Position numbers and translations under genes: made by a program. The notes below the pieces were generated by a model. It saw only the letters and a program-made list of their open reading frames with translations, did not search any database and was not told where the DNA came from. Of a stretch of DNA of 58,156 nucleotides, positions 33,601 to 43,032 are shown piece by piece (positions within the stretch are counted from its first letter, which is position 1; the number at the start of each line of letters is the position of its first letter). The DNA is from a virus (taxonomy: Duplodnaviria > Caudoviricetes), in the IMG/VR virus record IMGVR_UViG_3300021976_000015, positions 1 through 58,156 of that record. The stretch is one strand, 5' to 3'.

Positions 33601-34308
33601 AAGTCCGTCATCGTGTCAGCTCTCACCCAAGAAGCCGAAGACATGTTGGTTGCCCTTGGGTTCAAGGTCACGCACATGGATGACGGCACGGTCAAGGTCG
33701 AAGCGCTGACTGCCGAGGCAGAAGCGGCGTTGAACCACGTGGCGAGGAACCGACAGTCCACCGTCACGGTGACCTACCGGACCACGGGTGGAAGTACCGG
33801 CCAAGGTGGCATCTTCGCGAACGGTGTTGAGGTCGGTAACGCACGAGGCGGTATCTGGGAACGAGGTGGACGAGGCACCGCAATCAAGAGGTTCGCTGGT
33901 GGAGGAATCCATTCCAACATGTCGCCCAACATCGCGGCGATCGTTCCTCCCAAGACCTTCCGTGTCATTGGTGACCGCACCGCAAACGATGAAGCGTTCA
34001 TCCCGATCACTGGGAGTAAGCAGTCGGCGGCGATTCTTCACGAGACCGCGAAGCGCATGGGGTACCACCTTCAAGCCTTCGCACAGGGTGGAATCAACGA
34101 CGCCCTGGCATCTGCACGAGGCAACTTCCTCTCGGTCCGGCCCCAGACGGAACTCACGCACACGGCGGTCACGTTCCCACCGTCCACTCAGGTCATGCAG
34201 ATCGCCAATGTCACGTTCCAAGTCAGCGCCAAGGACCTGGATGACGTTCAGAAGGTTGTCACCGTGCTCAAGCAGTTGCCGACACAACTTCGCGCGAGGG
34301 GGAAGTAG
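30640..34308 (+). CDS. tape measure protein
   Basis: 1222 aa, Ala/Gly-rich amphipathic repeats, C-terminal FAGGG...IGDR...EAFIP. Confidence 0.92.
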   Translation: MAIRLPNLTQNVKIDTKDLDKAILKAAQFKVAMDKALDIDDAKFTAQMARIRASMMATTDEAREFAREMAKVQKAMEQTNRQTSIGTTQTRKYRDVMKSTKDHVLQASKNVDRYGDSMSRLEKVTSRTAVATGNFNSEVTGVRDNVRATVKSNDDLFNSNKKLGLSFRALKLGGIGAGLLVAIPAIAQLAPVLVGLGAGLAPLSGFAALLPGLVAAFAGLAGVIALVATNNEQLGEAFKSFGADMQSVQQIAQDNMNPAIMEFLDTLRNMKPVIEEVTGAISGGLGRAVESFSAILASPAFQTDFLTVGQSLGRVFDTLGQAGGQALRGLTSLAAGASPFFERVAEAVRQGAQNFAAFIDRVRASGQLEAFLDAAFKTAQRLWGMLKDLGSTLVSLGRIANESGLTEAIFGGLEGGIAGAKKFVEENKALLTTTFQNIAENVKALGPVFSTLFREIFTTLGNVDLKPIAGLLTDLIPIIANVADSFVDLINSGIAAFGPAIKAVAGPAADFIKELVDTVGGVLKGLEPQFTAFGEAIGRVFSALGAALPSLGPILKTVLDVLLNVGTAIANVVTAVLPAFTGALKVISPILSVVGSAIGLLVDAISLIPGPVFAAVAAFLAFKAIAGTSLFSGMIGGLTKLSGSLGFIAQGGGAVGAAATAGSVGAGKLAGALSKVGSALPAVGIGVGLLAFAIGDVVEKQQEAVAQGGKWAESLRAGGTAAQNATKEIEAAADKLEEFKKQSVIEKSFGLLTGDTGESLNAQRSMEALQQAQDDYIKNTPLLTQAQDKVDQKFADLQVAVDKYGVGSSQATAASKTYQSAQDDLAQAQADVAAATQSATDAIAEYRETAFNTAIDVATATTRNSDAQIRLGEAITGVNDANATYGVGSVEFVTATNNLATAATTAADAAGTLAVSQNATATEAEKATLFQDAYLTSLLSTATAAGTSLPEATRSLILSMLSTASATGTATGAFGELQKGVISVPDSKSVIVSALTQEAEDMLVALGFKVTHMDDGTVKVEALTAEAEAALNHVARNRQSTVTVTYRTTGGSTGQGGIFANGVEVGNARGGIWERGGRGTAIKRFAGGGIHSNMSPNIAAIVPPKTFRVIGDRTANDEAFIPITGSKQSAAILHETAKRMGYHLQAFAQGGINDALASARGNFLSVRPQTELTHTAVTFPPSTQVMQIANVTFQVSAKDLDDVQKVVTVLKQLPTQLRARGK

Positions 34309-34310
34309 TC

Positions 34311-36857
34311 GTGGGTATCACCATCACGGGTCCTGACCCCAGTGCACCACAATGGCCGGTCAAGTTGCTCGTAGGCGACGTGCTTACCGCGCCGGGTGGA
34401 TATGACGTAGTGGGGGCCGCTGACACGCCAGCGGGCATCTCAACGGTCATGGCGGACAGTTCTGACGCGACTTACGTTCGGCAGTCCATCGCCGTTGATC
34501 TGTTCAGGATGAAGGCCCAGAGCTACTCGATCCCTCCTGGTGCTCGCGTCACAAGCATGTACATGCAGGGCAGGGTGTCGGCGGTGGAAACCCCAACTCA
34601 CCCCAACCGTGTGGTCAGTTACGCGATCGGTGACATGACCGGTCCTGGTGGGACGAGGAAGCAGAACCCTCCACCCAACTTCATCTTCATCAATTCGCCG
34701 ATCACGACTCAGACTTCTCCTGGTCGTTCCAATCTCGCAAACGGCGGGGTAATCACCCAGGCGGACCTTGAGCGTGGGATTTACGCCGAGTTCGGCCTAC
34801 ACACCTCGTACGGTCTTTCGAACGGTTCGGTCATTCGTTGGTACGACGCGTGGTTGAGCTTGCACTACGACATGGCACCTACGGCGGTGATCACCACGCC
34901 TTCGGGGGTGTGGGATGTCAGCCCATCGCCTCAGGTGTCCTGGGATTACTCAGACGACTTCAAGCCACAGATCGCTTATCGCGTACAGATCCTCAACGCG
35001 TCATCTGTGGTGGTGTACGACAGCGGAATCATCCAGTCCTCGGAAACTGTCCACCAGGTCACCGAGAACCTCACCAACGGGTCGTATACGGCCCAGGTTC
35101 TCGTGTATCAGGAGGAAGTAGGGCCGGTCCAAGGTGCCTTCCCAGCGAAGAACTGGGCCACGTCGGCATTCACGATCGACTTGTTCAAGATCGGCGCTCC
35201 GACGATTTCGACTTCTCAGGTCAACGAGCACATCGATATCGGCCTCGATCTAAACGTGAACTTGCTGAACTTCGACCAGTCCACCTTCGACAACGGACCG
35301 TGGGACTGGACAGCACTGACTGCCGTCACGATCTCTCAAGAAACCACGATCGTGAAGTCGGGAACGAGGGCGCTCAAGGGAACGATGACGGCAGCGTCAT
35401 CGCAAACAGGTCTCGCATCACGTGTGGTCCCAGCAGTCGCAGGTGGGGTGTACGCAGCAGGCGCCTTCATGCGTCCAGGTACCGGTAGCAGAAACATGTC
35501 GATGGGGTTGACCTACTTCGACTCAGTAGGAACTCAGCTTGCTACCGCTTCCACCACGGTGTCCGTTGCCTCGGGTAGCTGGGCAACTCGTGTGACCCAC
35601 AAGTCCACTGCTCCTGCGAACACTGCGTACGTGCGTCCCTTGGTCACTGTTGCCGGAGCCAACACCGAGGTGTTCTATGTGGACGAAGCCGGGATCTGGA
35701 AACTCGACGCCATCGGTGATCCAGTTCCTACCTGGTCGCGAGGTGGGTTTCACCACCCATCCCTGAACGTGTTGTCCGCCGACGACTCCACTTTCGAAGG
35801 AAGCGGCACGACATGGGTCGCGACATCTGCCGGAGGTACGTGGGTTCGTTCCACTACCCAGGCGCGACGGGGAATCAACTCGGCACGGCTGATGAAGACC
35901 ACAGCGGGTGCGGGTGACGTTGTCGCACGGTTGGGTTCCACCACCTTCGCCACGGTGTTCCAGGACCGGTGGTGGTTGGTGTGGTCGATTTACTCGGCGG
36001 CAGTACGAACCGTCGGTATGCGGTTGGTGTGGTACGACGCGGCAGGTGCGGTTCTGAGCACAGGAACCATCACCACGACTTCTACCTTGAACGCGTGGAA
36101 GGAAGTGTCGGGTCAGGTTATTGCTCCCGCCAACACTGCTTCTATGACAGTGGAAAAGTTCGTCATGGCAGCCGCACAAAACGAAGCTCATTACTTCGAT
36201 GCGGTCAGCGTGTACGAATCCAACCCACTTGCGGGATACCAGCCCGGTTACTACCCATCGACAGATCCACACCCGACCTTGTTCGTGGAGTACACAAAGG
36301 ACAATGGCGTGACGTGGGTCCCGCTTCTGTCGCAGGCGATCGACCAAACCTCTTCCAGTATGGCGGTGCAGGACTACGAGATCCCGTCCGGTCAGGTCAG
36401 GAAGTACCGAGCCAAGCTAGCGACCACCGAGAACGGTGTTGCGTTGGATTCGGACTGGGCCACCTCGGGCAACTCATCGATTGTGCTCAAGCAGGCCTGG
36501 CTTCACGCGGCGAACGACGCAGCAGGAACCAGCAAGCAGTTCATCTACGACGGTCATGGTCGTAGTGAGGACATGAACCAGAACGCCGAGCTGGTCAGGG
36601 TGGAAGGGCGGATGTATCCGTTCGCCGAGTTCAGTGCATCCGAGTCCGGTCAACTCAAGGCAGAGATCAAGCTCGACAACGACGCGGACAAGGCCGATCT
36701 TGACGCCATCTTCCACGCAGGATCTGAAGTGGTGTTCCGTGACCAGCGCGGGCGTGGTGTTCGTGGCGTGATGAACTTGTCCTACGAGGACGAGTGGTGG
36801 GGTTACAGCGCCTCGGTCAACATCCAGTTCAGTGGAGAACAGCCGGGGAGGGTGTAG
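34311..36857 (+). CDS. minor tail protein with carbohydrate-binding-module-like repeats
   Basis: Two NLL..STF...W...YFD/YVD jelly-roll-like repeats. Follows the tape measure gene. Confidence 0.75.
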   Translation: MGITITGPDPSAPQWPVKLLVGDVLTAPGGYDVVGAADTPAGISTVMADSSDATYVRQSIAVDLFRMKAQSYSIPPGARVTSMYMQGRVSAVETPTHPNRVVSYAIGDMTGPGGTRKQNPPPNFIFINSPITTQTSPGRSNLANGGVITQADLERGIYAEFGLHTSYGLSNGSVIRWYDAWLSLHYDMAPTAVITTPSGVWDVSPSPQVSWDYSDDFKPQIAYRVQILNASSVVVYDSGIIQSSETVHQVTENLTNGSYTAQVLVYQEEVGPVQGAFPAKNWATSAFTIDLFKIGAPTISTSQVNEHIDIGLDLNVNLLNFDQSTFDNGPWDWTALTAVTISQETTIVKSGTRALKGTMTAASSQTGLASRVVPAVAGGVYAAGAFMRPGTGSRNMSMGLTYFDSVGTQLATASTTVSVASGSWATRVTHKSTAPANTAYVRPLVTVAGANTEVFYVDEAGIWKLDAIGDPVPTWSRGGFHHPSLNVLSADDSTFEGSGTTWVATSAGGTWVRSTTQARRGINSARLMKTTAGAGDVVARLGSTTFATVFQDRWWLVWSIYSAAVRTVGMRLVWYDAAGAVLSTGTITTTSTLNAWKEVSGQVIAPANTASMTVEKFVMAAAQNEAHYFDAVSVYESNPLAGYQPGYYPSTDPHPTLFVEYTKDNGVTWVPLLSQAIDQTSSSMAVQDYEIPSGQVRKYRAKLATTENGVALDSDWATSGNSSIVLKQAWLHAANDAAGTSKQFIYDGHGRSEDMNQNAELVRVEGRMYPFAEFSASESGQLKAEIKLDNDADKADLDAIFHAGSEVVFRDQRGRGVRGVMNLSYEDEWWGYSASVNIQFSGEQPGRV

Positions 36858-38008
36858 TGCAGCCCATCGCACAGAATGGCTACTCCTCCTTTCAGGTTAT
36901 CGACGCTTTACAAAAGTCCGGCCGGACCATGCGTTACCAGTACGAACGCCTGAACACCAGGAATGAGTCACTGGGGTGGATTACCGACCAGATTGTTGAA
37001 GGATCGGGCGAAGTCACCCACGAGTACCTTCGCGAAGTTCAGCGCACCTTGAGGGTCGAGTTTGTCGAAGGGGTAGGAGAGATCACCTTCGACTTCTACA
37101 ACGACCGGATCAGGCCGTGGGTCGGCGTGAAGATGCAGGACGGCGGATGGGTGGACTGGCCGCAAGGGGTGTTCTTGATGTCCACTCCAACACGTTCGTA
37201 CCGCAACGGTGTCGTGACGCGGTCGAGCGACGGGTACGACCAGAACATCGTGTTGATCGATGAGGTCTTCGCTTTCAGGGCAGATGTCGCGGCAGGGGCG
37301 TTGTACACCACGGCGGTGTCGTCTCATCTGTCTGCGATCCCTAACGTCACCATCGCCCCCTCAACTCTCACCCTTCCTGCTGCACGTACCTGGGATCCAG
37401 GCGGTGTGACCAAGTACGAAGTGGTGACCGACCTTGTTGAGGCGATGAACTACGGGAAGTTGTGGTTCGACGGAAGTGGTGTCGGACAACTTGAGCCGTA
37501 CATCGATCCCCAGGATTCGCCAGTGGGATTCACCTACAAGACCGATGATCAGTCCGTGATGCATCCGGAGATGGATCAGACCCTTGATCTCTTCAAGGTG
37601 CCGAACCGGATCGTCTTCGTAGTGAGCAAACCGGATCGGCCGTTGTTGATCAGTGAGTTCGTGAACAACAGCCCAGACTCGCCGATCTCCATCGTCAGGC
37701 GTGGACGCACCGTTACTCAGGTGGATACGGCCAAGGACGCCGCGACCCAGGTCGAACTCGACGGTTTGTGCCGACGTGCCGCGATCAATGCCAGCAACGT
37801 GTACGAGACCGTGGAGTTCTCCACGATGCTGATGCCGTTCCATGAGAACCGCGACACTTTGCAGATCGAGCACGATGGTCTCGGCGTCACGGGGTTGTAC
37901 TCAGAAGTCGGATGGTCAATGAACCTGCAAGCGGGTGGCCGGATGAGCCACAAGGTGCGGAAGATCGTGAACGTCAACGCGATCGTGGTGGGGGTCCCCG
38001 ATGATTGA
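36857..38008 (+). CDS. minor tail / baseplate hub protein
   Basis: WPQGVFLMSTP, LWFDGSG and DLFKVPNR motifs, plus gene position. Confidence 0.75.
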   Translation: MQPIAQNGYSSFQVIDALQKSGRTMRYQYERLNTRNESLGWITDQIVEGSGEVTHEYLREVQRTLRVEFVEGVGEITFDFYNDRIRPWVGVKMQDGGWVDWPQGVFLMSTPTRSYRNGVVTRSSDGYDQNIVLIDEVFAFRADVAAGALYTTAVSSHLSAIPNVTIAPSTLTLPAARTWDPGGVTKYEVVTDLVEAMNYGKLWFDGSGVGQLEPYIDPQDSPVGFTYKTDDQSVMHPEMDQTLDLFKVPNRIVFVVSKPDRPLLISEFVNNSPDSPISIVRRGRTVTQVDTAKDAATQVELDGLCRRAAINASNVYETVEFSTMLMPFHENRDTLQIEHDGLGVTGLYSEVGWSMNLQAGGRMSHKVRKIVNVNAIVVGVPDD

Positions 38009-38651
38009 TGCTGGAGGACTTGCCGCGCACCTTGCCGGACCTGAACCGAGACGATCCATCGCGATCGGTGTGGTCACCAGTCTTACCGGTGGTGTCTTCG
38101 TTCAGTTCGAGGGTGAGTCAGACCCCTCCACCACCGCGATGAGTGTGTTGACCATGGTGACCCCTCGTATGGGCTCCAGGGTCCTCATGGTGGACGTGAA
38201 CGGGTCCTGGGTGATCTTGGGTGCCTTCACCGATGGAACCACCGTGAGCGGGCCTGTGGGGGCTTACGAGGTATCCGCTACCTCGCAGTCCAACGCAGCG
38301 GCGGCGGATGTAACCGATGTGGACATCAACGGGGCCACGATCAACATCACCACGGTGCGGGCCAGTGCAGTCGTCCAGGTCTGGGGTGTGTTCGACATTG
38401 GCGTCACCATCGCGGGAACATCCGGCCAGCGCGCACTAGGTCACCTAGTAGTCGATGGAACGACCCAGGCCGAAAGCGCGGTCATGGGGATGAACCTCCT
38501 CGGCAACAGGGCCACTGTCGCGATGTTGTGGCAGATCGTTTTGGTCACACCAGGCGTGCACAACTTCAAGTTGACAGGTCGAACCAACGGTGGCACGGCG
38601 GCGTACTTCTCGCCCCAGACCAGACTGATGATGGCGGTCTACGAGGCTTAG
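38001..38651 (+). CDS. minor tail protein
   Basis: N-terminal OB-like GVVTS...VQFEGE...GSRVLM...WVILG. Confidence 0.7.
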   Translation: MIDAGGLAAHLAGPEPRRSIAIGVVTSLTGGVFVQFEGESDPSTTAMSVLTMVTPRMGSRVLMVDVNGSWVILGAFTDGTTVSGPVGAYEVSATSQSNAAAADVTDVDINGATINITTVRASAVVQVWGVFDIGVTIAGTSGQRALGHLVVDGTTQAESAVMGMNLLGNRATVAMLWQIVLVTPGVHNFKLTGRTNGGTAAYFSPQTRLMMAVYEA

Positions 38652-38740
38652 ATCAGACAACATTTGGTTCACGTTGTCGCATCATCTGACCATGTGTGTG
38701 CAGAATGCGGCATAGGTTCTGATCTTGGAAGGCCAAACGG

Positions 38741-39199
38741 ATGACAAAAAAGGATCATATTTGGCCACGAATAGCCGCTTATGTGTGCGTCTTCCTAGGT
38801 GGGGTTGGCACATTGCTTGTTCCATCTCTGTCAATTACATCGGTGGCCTTGTGGTGGCAGGTGTCAGCGATTCCACTTTTGATCATCGTAGGATCATCAG
38901 CAGTGATCGTTGGGATACTTGTTGAGCGGACAAGGAGACTTCAGAGACCAGGGTTATTTGCTTTAGGTGCTGGTGTTTTTGCTTATGCCTTGGCGATTTC
39001 AATGTTCGCGTTCATACGTGGGGTGATGGCGATATCGATCTCACTTGGGTTCATCTTCTTGTGCCTTGACCAGTACTTGTTGTACAAGCAGTTGGTCAAG
39101 GTGACGCAGGAGAAAAGTGAACTTGAAAAGAATGTGGACATGCTGCGAAGCATTGTCATGAAGTTCGAAGGTGATAACAATAACGGGGGTAAGGGATGA
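38741..39199 (+). CDS. multi-pass membrane protein (lysis cassette)
   Basis: Four hydrophobic helices, lower GC. Confidence 0.7.
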   Translation: MTKKDHIWPRIAAYVCVFLGGVGTLLVPSLSITSVALWWQVSAIPLLIIVGSSAVIVGILVERTRRLQRPGLFALGAGVFAYALAISMFAFIRGVMAISISLGFIFLCLDQYLLYKQLVKVTQEKSELEKNVDMLRSIVMKFEGDNNNGGKG

Positions 39200-39567
39200 A
39201 CATACTTCAATTCGTTCTTACTGCTGTTATTGGCATTGGTGGAGGTGGATTCCTTGTAGCGGCGTACAAGGCAAGGCAAGAAAGGAAGCAAGCGGTAGCA
39301 AGCACAGATCAGACAAAAGTGGAAACGATGAGTACGTACACCGAGGTGTCTGATCGCCTGGTCCAGATGGTGAACCGAGAACTTCAACGAACCCATGCGA
39401 AGTTGGAGGAGCAGAACGTGAAGATGGACGCGAACGAGAAGCGTACCGAGCAGCTTGAGATCGACTTGCGTAACGTGAAGGCCTACAACGCGATGTTGCT
39501 ACGTGAAGTCCGTGTCAACCAGATCGTCGTGCAGACGTTCACGGAGTTCCTTGAGCAAACTGGGTGA
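39196..39567 (+). CDS. membrane-anchored coiled-coil protein
   Basis: N-terminal TM segment with GIGGGG followed by a coiled coil. Confidence 0.7.
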   Translation: MNILQFVLTAVIGIGGGGFLVAAYKARQERKQAVASTDQTKVETMSTYTEVSDRLVQMVNRELQRTHAKLEEQNVKMDANEKRTEQLEIDLRNVKAYNAMLLREVRVNQIVVQTFTEFLEQTG

Positions 39568-40436
39568 TCATGGCCATGACCAAAAACGACCAGGACGCTA
39601 TTGACGTTGAGCTGAAGAGGTTGTTCGAAGCTGCGCAGAAGGAAACGTTGGCAAAGCAGCACGAGCGTGAGGTCAAGAAGAAGGGTTTCCGCGTTCAACT
39701 GGTATGGCTTGCCGTATTCCTGGTAGGAATCCTTGCTCTGGTCAGTTTCAACCAGGCCATGTACGCCTTGGAGCAACTCACCGAGCAGCAGGCCAAGGAC
39801 GCCGCGCAGGATGTCGCCCGCGAAGAACTCGCATCGCAGCAAGCCCAGGACAGGAAAGATCTTGAAGCTGCGATCGACGCGAAGAACGATGAGTTGACCC
39901 AAGCGGGCCTTCCTGAACTTCCTCCTCCTGACGTCCCTGCCGGGGTCTCGGTAGACATCGCTCAGGCCGCTCAGTTGGCCGCTGCGCTTGTTCCAGTGGT
40001 TCCTGGTCCCGTAGGTGGGGCCGGACCAAGCGGCGCGAATGGTGCCGATGGCGTCGACGGTCTTCCAGGTGGCACTGGCGACCAAGGTGCGCCAGGAACT
40101 TCGGTCACTTCGATCTCGATCATCAGTGACGGAGGAGATCCGCCATTCTGCTCGATGATGGTGTCGTTGAGCCAGGACAATCCGAACACCGACACCGATG
40201 AATCCTTGCCGTACAACATCTCCGGTGACAACAACTTGTGTAGTCGAGGTCCAGCGGGGCAGGACGGCACCAACGGAACGGACGGCGGAGATGGCCGGGG
40301 TATTGCCCAAGGCCCCATCTTCGAATGGCACCCCGACGAGAACAACATCGATATGAGTTGTTACGCCGTCACTTACTACGATGATGGCGATACATTCATG
40401 TCGTTGGCGGGAGACGCCGCATGTCCACCGCCCTGA
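39564..40436 (+). CDS. membrane-anchored collagen-like protein
   Basis: Single TM helix, Gly-X-Y repeats and paired Cys. Confidence 0.7.
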   Translation: MIMAMTKNDQDAIDVELKRLFEAAQKETLAKQHEREVKKKGFRVQLVWLAVFLVGILALVSFNQAMYALEQLTEQQAKDAAQDVAREELASQQAQDRKDLEAAIDAKNDELTQAGLPELPPPDVPAGVSVDIAQAAQLAAALVPVVPGPVGGAGPSGANGADGVDGLPGGTGDQGAPGTSVTSISIISDGGDPPFCSMMVSLSQDNPNTDTDESLPYNISGDNNLCSRGPAGQDGTNGTDGGDGRGIAQGPIFEWHPDENNIDMSCYAVTYYDDGDTFMSLAGDAACPPP

Positions 40437-40456
40437 TGTAACCGAAAGGGCAGCGA

Positions 40457-40699
40457 ATGACTGATGTGACCAGTGCGGGAGATTACGTCAACCCGTACTT
40501 CGGAAACGGTGAGAGTTCACAGGAAGATGAGGTTCTTCCCGCGTCCGACGACATCGAAGGTGTTGACGACAACATCCTCGGTCCGGATGACGACGACCCA
40601 GAGCTGTTGGCCGATCCTGCTAAGGACGACCACGACGTCGAGTATCCGGAAGAGCCGGTCGAGGAGAAGGCCGAGGTAAAGCATGGCAAGCGTCGTTGA
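40457..40699 (+). CDS. small acidic protein
   Basis: 80 aa, D/E rich, overlaps the lysin start. Confidence 0.55.
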   Translation: MTDVTSAGDYVNPYFGNGESSQEDEVLPASDDIEGVDDNILGPDDDDPELLADPAKDDHDVEYPEEPVEEKAEVKHGKRR

Positions 40700-41564
40700 T
40701 GCCGTAGAGGCCTTACAGCAAGTTGGTCTCTCGGTCTCGGGATACGGCGACTGGGAAAACAGGAGCAACGGGAACGCATTCCAGCCGGAAGGATTGATCT
40801 TCCACCACGACGCGACTCCGATAGGTCCTTCCCCCTCGGTGAAGAACTACATGTGGGAGACCGCCAGCATCAGGCCCGCGTGTCACTTCTGGGTCGATCT
40901 GAACGGCGCATGGTGGGTTGGATGCGCGAACGGTGCGAACCACGCAGGTGTTGGTGAGGGATGGGGAATCGTCCCTATCAACGGCGGTAACAGGTACACG
41001 TTCGGTGTCGAGACCGACCACACCGTGAACGAGACCTGGACGGCCGTGCAGTACGACTCAATTGTTCGTGGGTTCGCTGCGATCTGTCGTCGGTTCGGGT
41101 GGAACCCAGGCAACCGCGTCATGGGCCACAAGGAATACACGTCGCGGAAGATCGATCCCTGGGGCGTCAGCATGGATCAGTTCCGCGCCGACGTCGTGTA
41201 CTGCATCGAGCACGGTTTCACCCCACATGCTCCAGCCCCAACCAAGGCATTTGTCGCGGAGGAAGATATGGCACAGTTCATCGCTCCAAAGGCCAACACT
41301 TGGCCAAAGACAGACGGACAACCCGGCCCTGTTATCCCGCCAACATTCCGCATCACCGGTCCTTTTGCGGAGTGGATGCAGAGTACATCCATATTGAAGG
41401 ATGCCCAGGCGGATGCCGTCGCGATGGGTCAGCCGGAGAAGTCAGTTCAGGTTCGCGAGTCGAACGACATCTACACGAAGTTCAGTGTTCTGGTCGGGCC
41501 AGTTCCGAGGGGATTCCGCAAGGACTTCCCGCGCTTGGCGACAAACGTCGCACCAACACCGTAA
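40683..41564 (+). CDS. endolysin, N-acetylmuramoyl-L-alanine amidase (Amidase_2)
   Basis: IFHHDA, ANHAGVG, GVE and GHKEY..RKIDP motifs. Confidence 0.9.
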   Translation: MASVVDAVEALQQVGLSVSGYGDWENRSNGNAFQPEGLIFHHDATPIGPSPSVKNYMWETASIRPACHFWVDLNGAWWVGCANGANHAGVGEGWGIVPINGGNRYTFGVETDHTVNETWTAVQYDSIVRGFAAICRRFGWNPGNRVMGHKEYTSRKIDPWGVSMDQFRADVVYCIEHGFTPHAPAPTKAFVAEEDMAQFIAPKANTWPKTDGQPGPVIPPTFRITGPFAEWMQSTSILKDAQADAVAMGQPEKSVQVRESNDIYTKFSVLVGPVPRGFRKDFPRLATNVAPTP

Positions 41565-41574
41565 GGAGTAGGCG

Positions 41575-41943
41575 ATGTTTCTGCTCTCTGATGTGGTCGT
41601 CGTACCCACGAACACCACGACAGTTGTTCTGAATATGGCGTTCGTTCTTTCGCTACTGGTCTCGACCGTGATCCCGATCATCGTTGGAATCGTGACGAAG
41701 CTGAATGCCTCGTCTGGTACCAAGGCGTTGGTCATGGTCATCTTGAACGCGCTCAACGGATTCCTGATGGAGGCCATCGCAGGTGGAGATGTCTATAACT
41801 GGACACTCGGCTTGGTGAACTTCCTGATCGGCATGGTGACCTCAGTTGCCACGTATTACGGGGTCTTGAAGCCCATCGGTGCATCGAGTTCCGTGCAGAA
41901 CAGCACGGCGAACTTCGGTATCGGTGGTTCTAAGGCCGCGTAA
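41575..41943 (+). CDS. holin
   Basis: Three TM helices directly after the lysin. VIPIIVGIVTK...YYGVLKP. Confidence 0.75.
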   Translation: MFLLSDVVVVPTNTTTVVLNMAFVLSLLVSTVIPIIVGIVTKLNASSGTKALVMVILNALNGFLMEAIAGGDVYNWTLGLVNFLIGMVTSVATYYGVLKPIGASSSVQNSTANFGIGGSKAA

Positions 41944-41955
41944 GGAATCTCAGAC

Positions 41956-41998
41956 CAACGAACCCCTCTCACCCCAGCGAGAGGGGTTCGTTGCTTTT
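41956..41998 (+). terminator. intrinsic terminator
   Basis: CAACGAACCCCTCTC / GAGAGGGGTTCGTTG followed by CTTTT. Confidence 0.8.
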
Positions 41999-42072
41999 CA
42001 AAGGGTGCTTGGGCCAAATCGGACAGGTTGCTGCAATACTCCGTTCGAAACATCAAGGAACACGGAGACCAC

Positions 42073-42573
42073 ATGACTCAGCCGACGCCCAATTATGACT
42101 TGGTGCGAGTTCGTGGGACCTACCGAAACCCTGACGGGTCGAACGCGGTGGGTTCCGTTCGATTCCTGCCCACGGTCGTTGTTCGTGATGTCGTTACCAA
42201 TATCATCGTCGTTCCTGGAAAGCCGCTCATCTTCGATCTGGTCAATGGCGAGCTAGACAGGTTCATCCCGGCCACAGATGACCCAGATCTCACTCCGACT
42301 GGGTGGGTCTACAAGGTCCACGAGAAGGTCCCTGGCGGACGCAAGTTCGACATGGAAGCCCCCATTGCCACCAACCCTGGTGGCATCTTCATGGCGTCCG
42401 TCCCCCCTGCCATTTCCATCTTGAGCAACTCGTCCTACGTGTCGCTCGATGAATTAAACGGGATGATCGTGGGGTACTTCAACGAGCACCCTTGGATTGT
42501 TGTTCTCGAACCGGGAGATCCAGATCCCACCGACCTCGAAGATGGCGTACTTGTCGTCCGTCTCCTCGCTTGA
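42073..42573 (+). CDS. virion/tail accessory protein
   Basis: VRGTY..PDG....G.V.F.P...LVNG...PATDDPDL.PTGW.Y.V.E, an N-terminal module recalled from actinophage tail proteins. Confidence 0.7.
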   Translation: MTQPTPNYDLVRVRGTYRNPDGSNAVGSVRFLPTVVVRDVVTNIIVVPGKPLIFDLVNGELDRFIPATDDPDLTPTGWVYKVHEKVPGGRKFDMEAPIATNPGGIFMASVPPAISILSNSSYVSLDELNGMIVGYFNEHPWIVVLEPGDPDPTDLEDGVLVVRLLA

Positions 42574-42588
42574 TGAAGGGCTGATCTA

Positions 42589-43032
42589 ATGGCAGTGACC
42601 GCACAGATGAATGGTCAGTTGTTGAAGGCGATGTTCAACGGTGAAGTCGACATCGTTGGCGCCAACAGCGTGAAGGTCATGTTGACCACCAACGCGTACT
42701 CCTTCGACCCAGACACCCATGAGTACCGAAACTCGGTGACCAACGAGGTAGTGGGAACCGCGTACGTCGCAGGTGGCGCGACATGTGCCAACCCAGTGTT
42801 GTCCTACGACACCGCGACCAACACCGTGAAGTTCACCTGCGATACGCCGATCACCTGGGCCACGTCCACGATCACCGCGCGTAGGGCCGTCTTCTACGTC
42901 GCGAAGGGTGGTGCGTCGTCAGCGGACAACATCCTCTGCGTGTGGGACTTCGGCGCCGATGAGTCCTCAGTGGGTGCTGACTTCCGCCTGAACGTCCCTG
43001 GTACCGGCTTGATCGCGGGGGTCCATAACTAA
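42589..43032 (+). CDS. virion structural protein (putative)
   Basis: VKVML...D...NEV.GT.Y.AGG...W..STITAR.AV.Y. Confidence 0.7.
   Translation: MAVTAQMNGQLLKAMFNGEVDIVGANSVKVMLTTNAYSFDPDTHEYRNSVTNEVVGTAYVAGGATCANPVLSYDTATNTVKFTCDTPITWATSTITARRAVFYVAKGGASSADNILCVWDFGADESSVGADFRLNVPGTGLIAGVHN

Noticed and set aside
23505-37873. Many long antisense ORFs opposite the protease, capsid, tape measure and tail genes (e.g. 25227-26459, 31776-32663, 35523-36347)
   Set aside because: These are shadow ORFs expected from high-GC codon bias opposite well-supported genes.
38700-39330. Lower-GC patch as a separate mobile element
   Set aside because: It covers membrane-protein genes of the lysis region, with no flanking repeats or mobility genes. 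At most it is a recently exchanged module.
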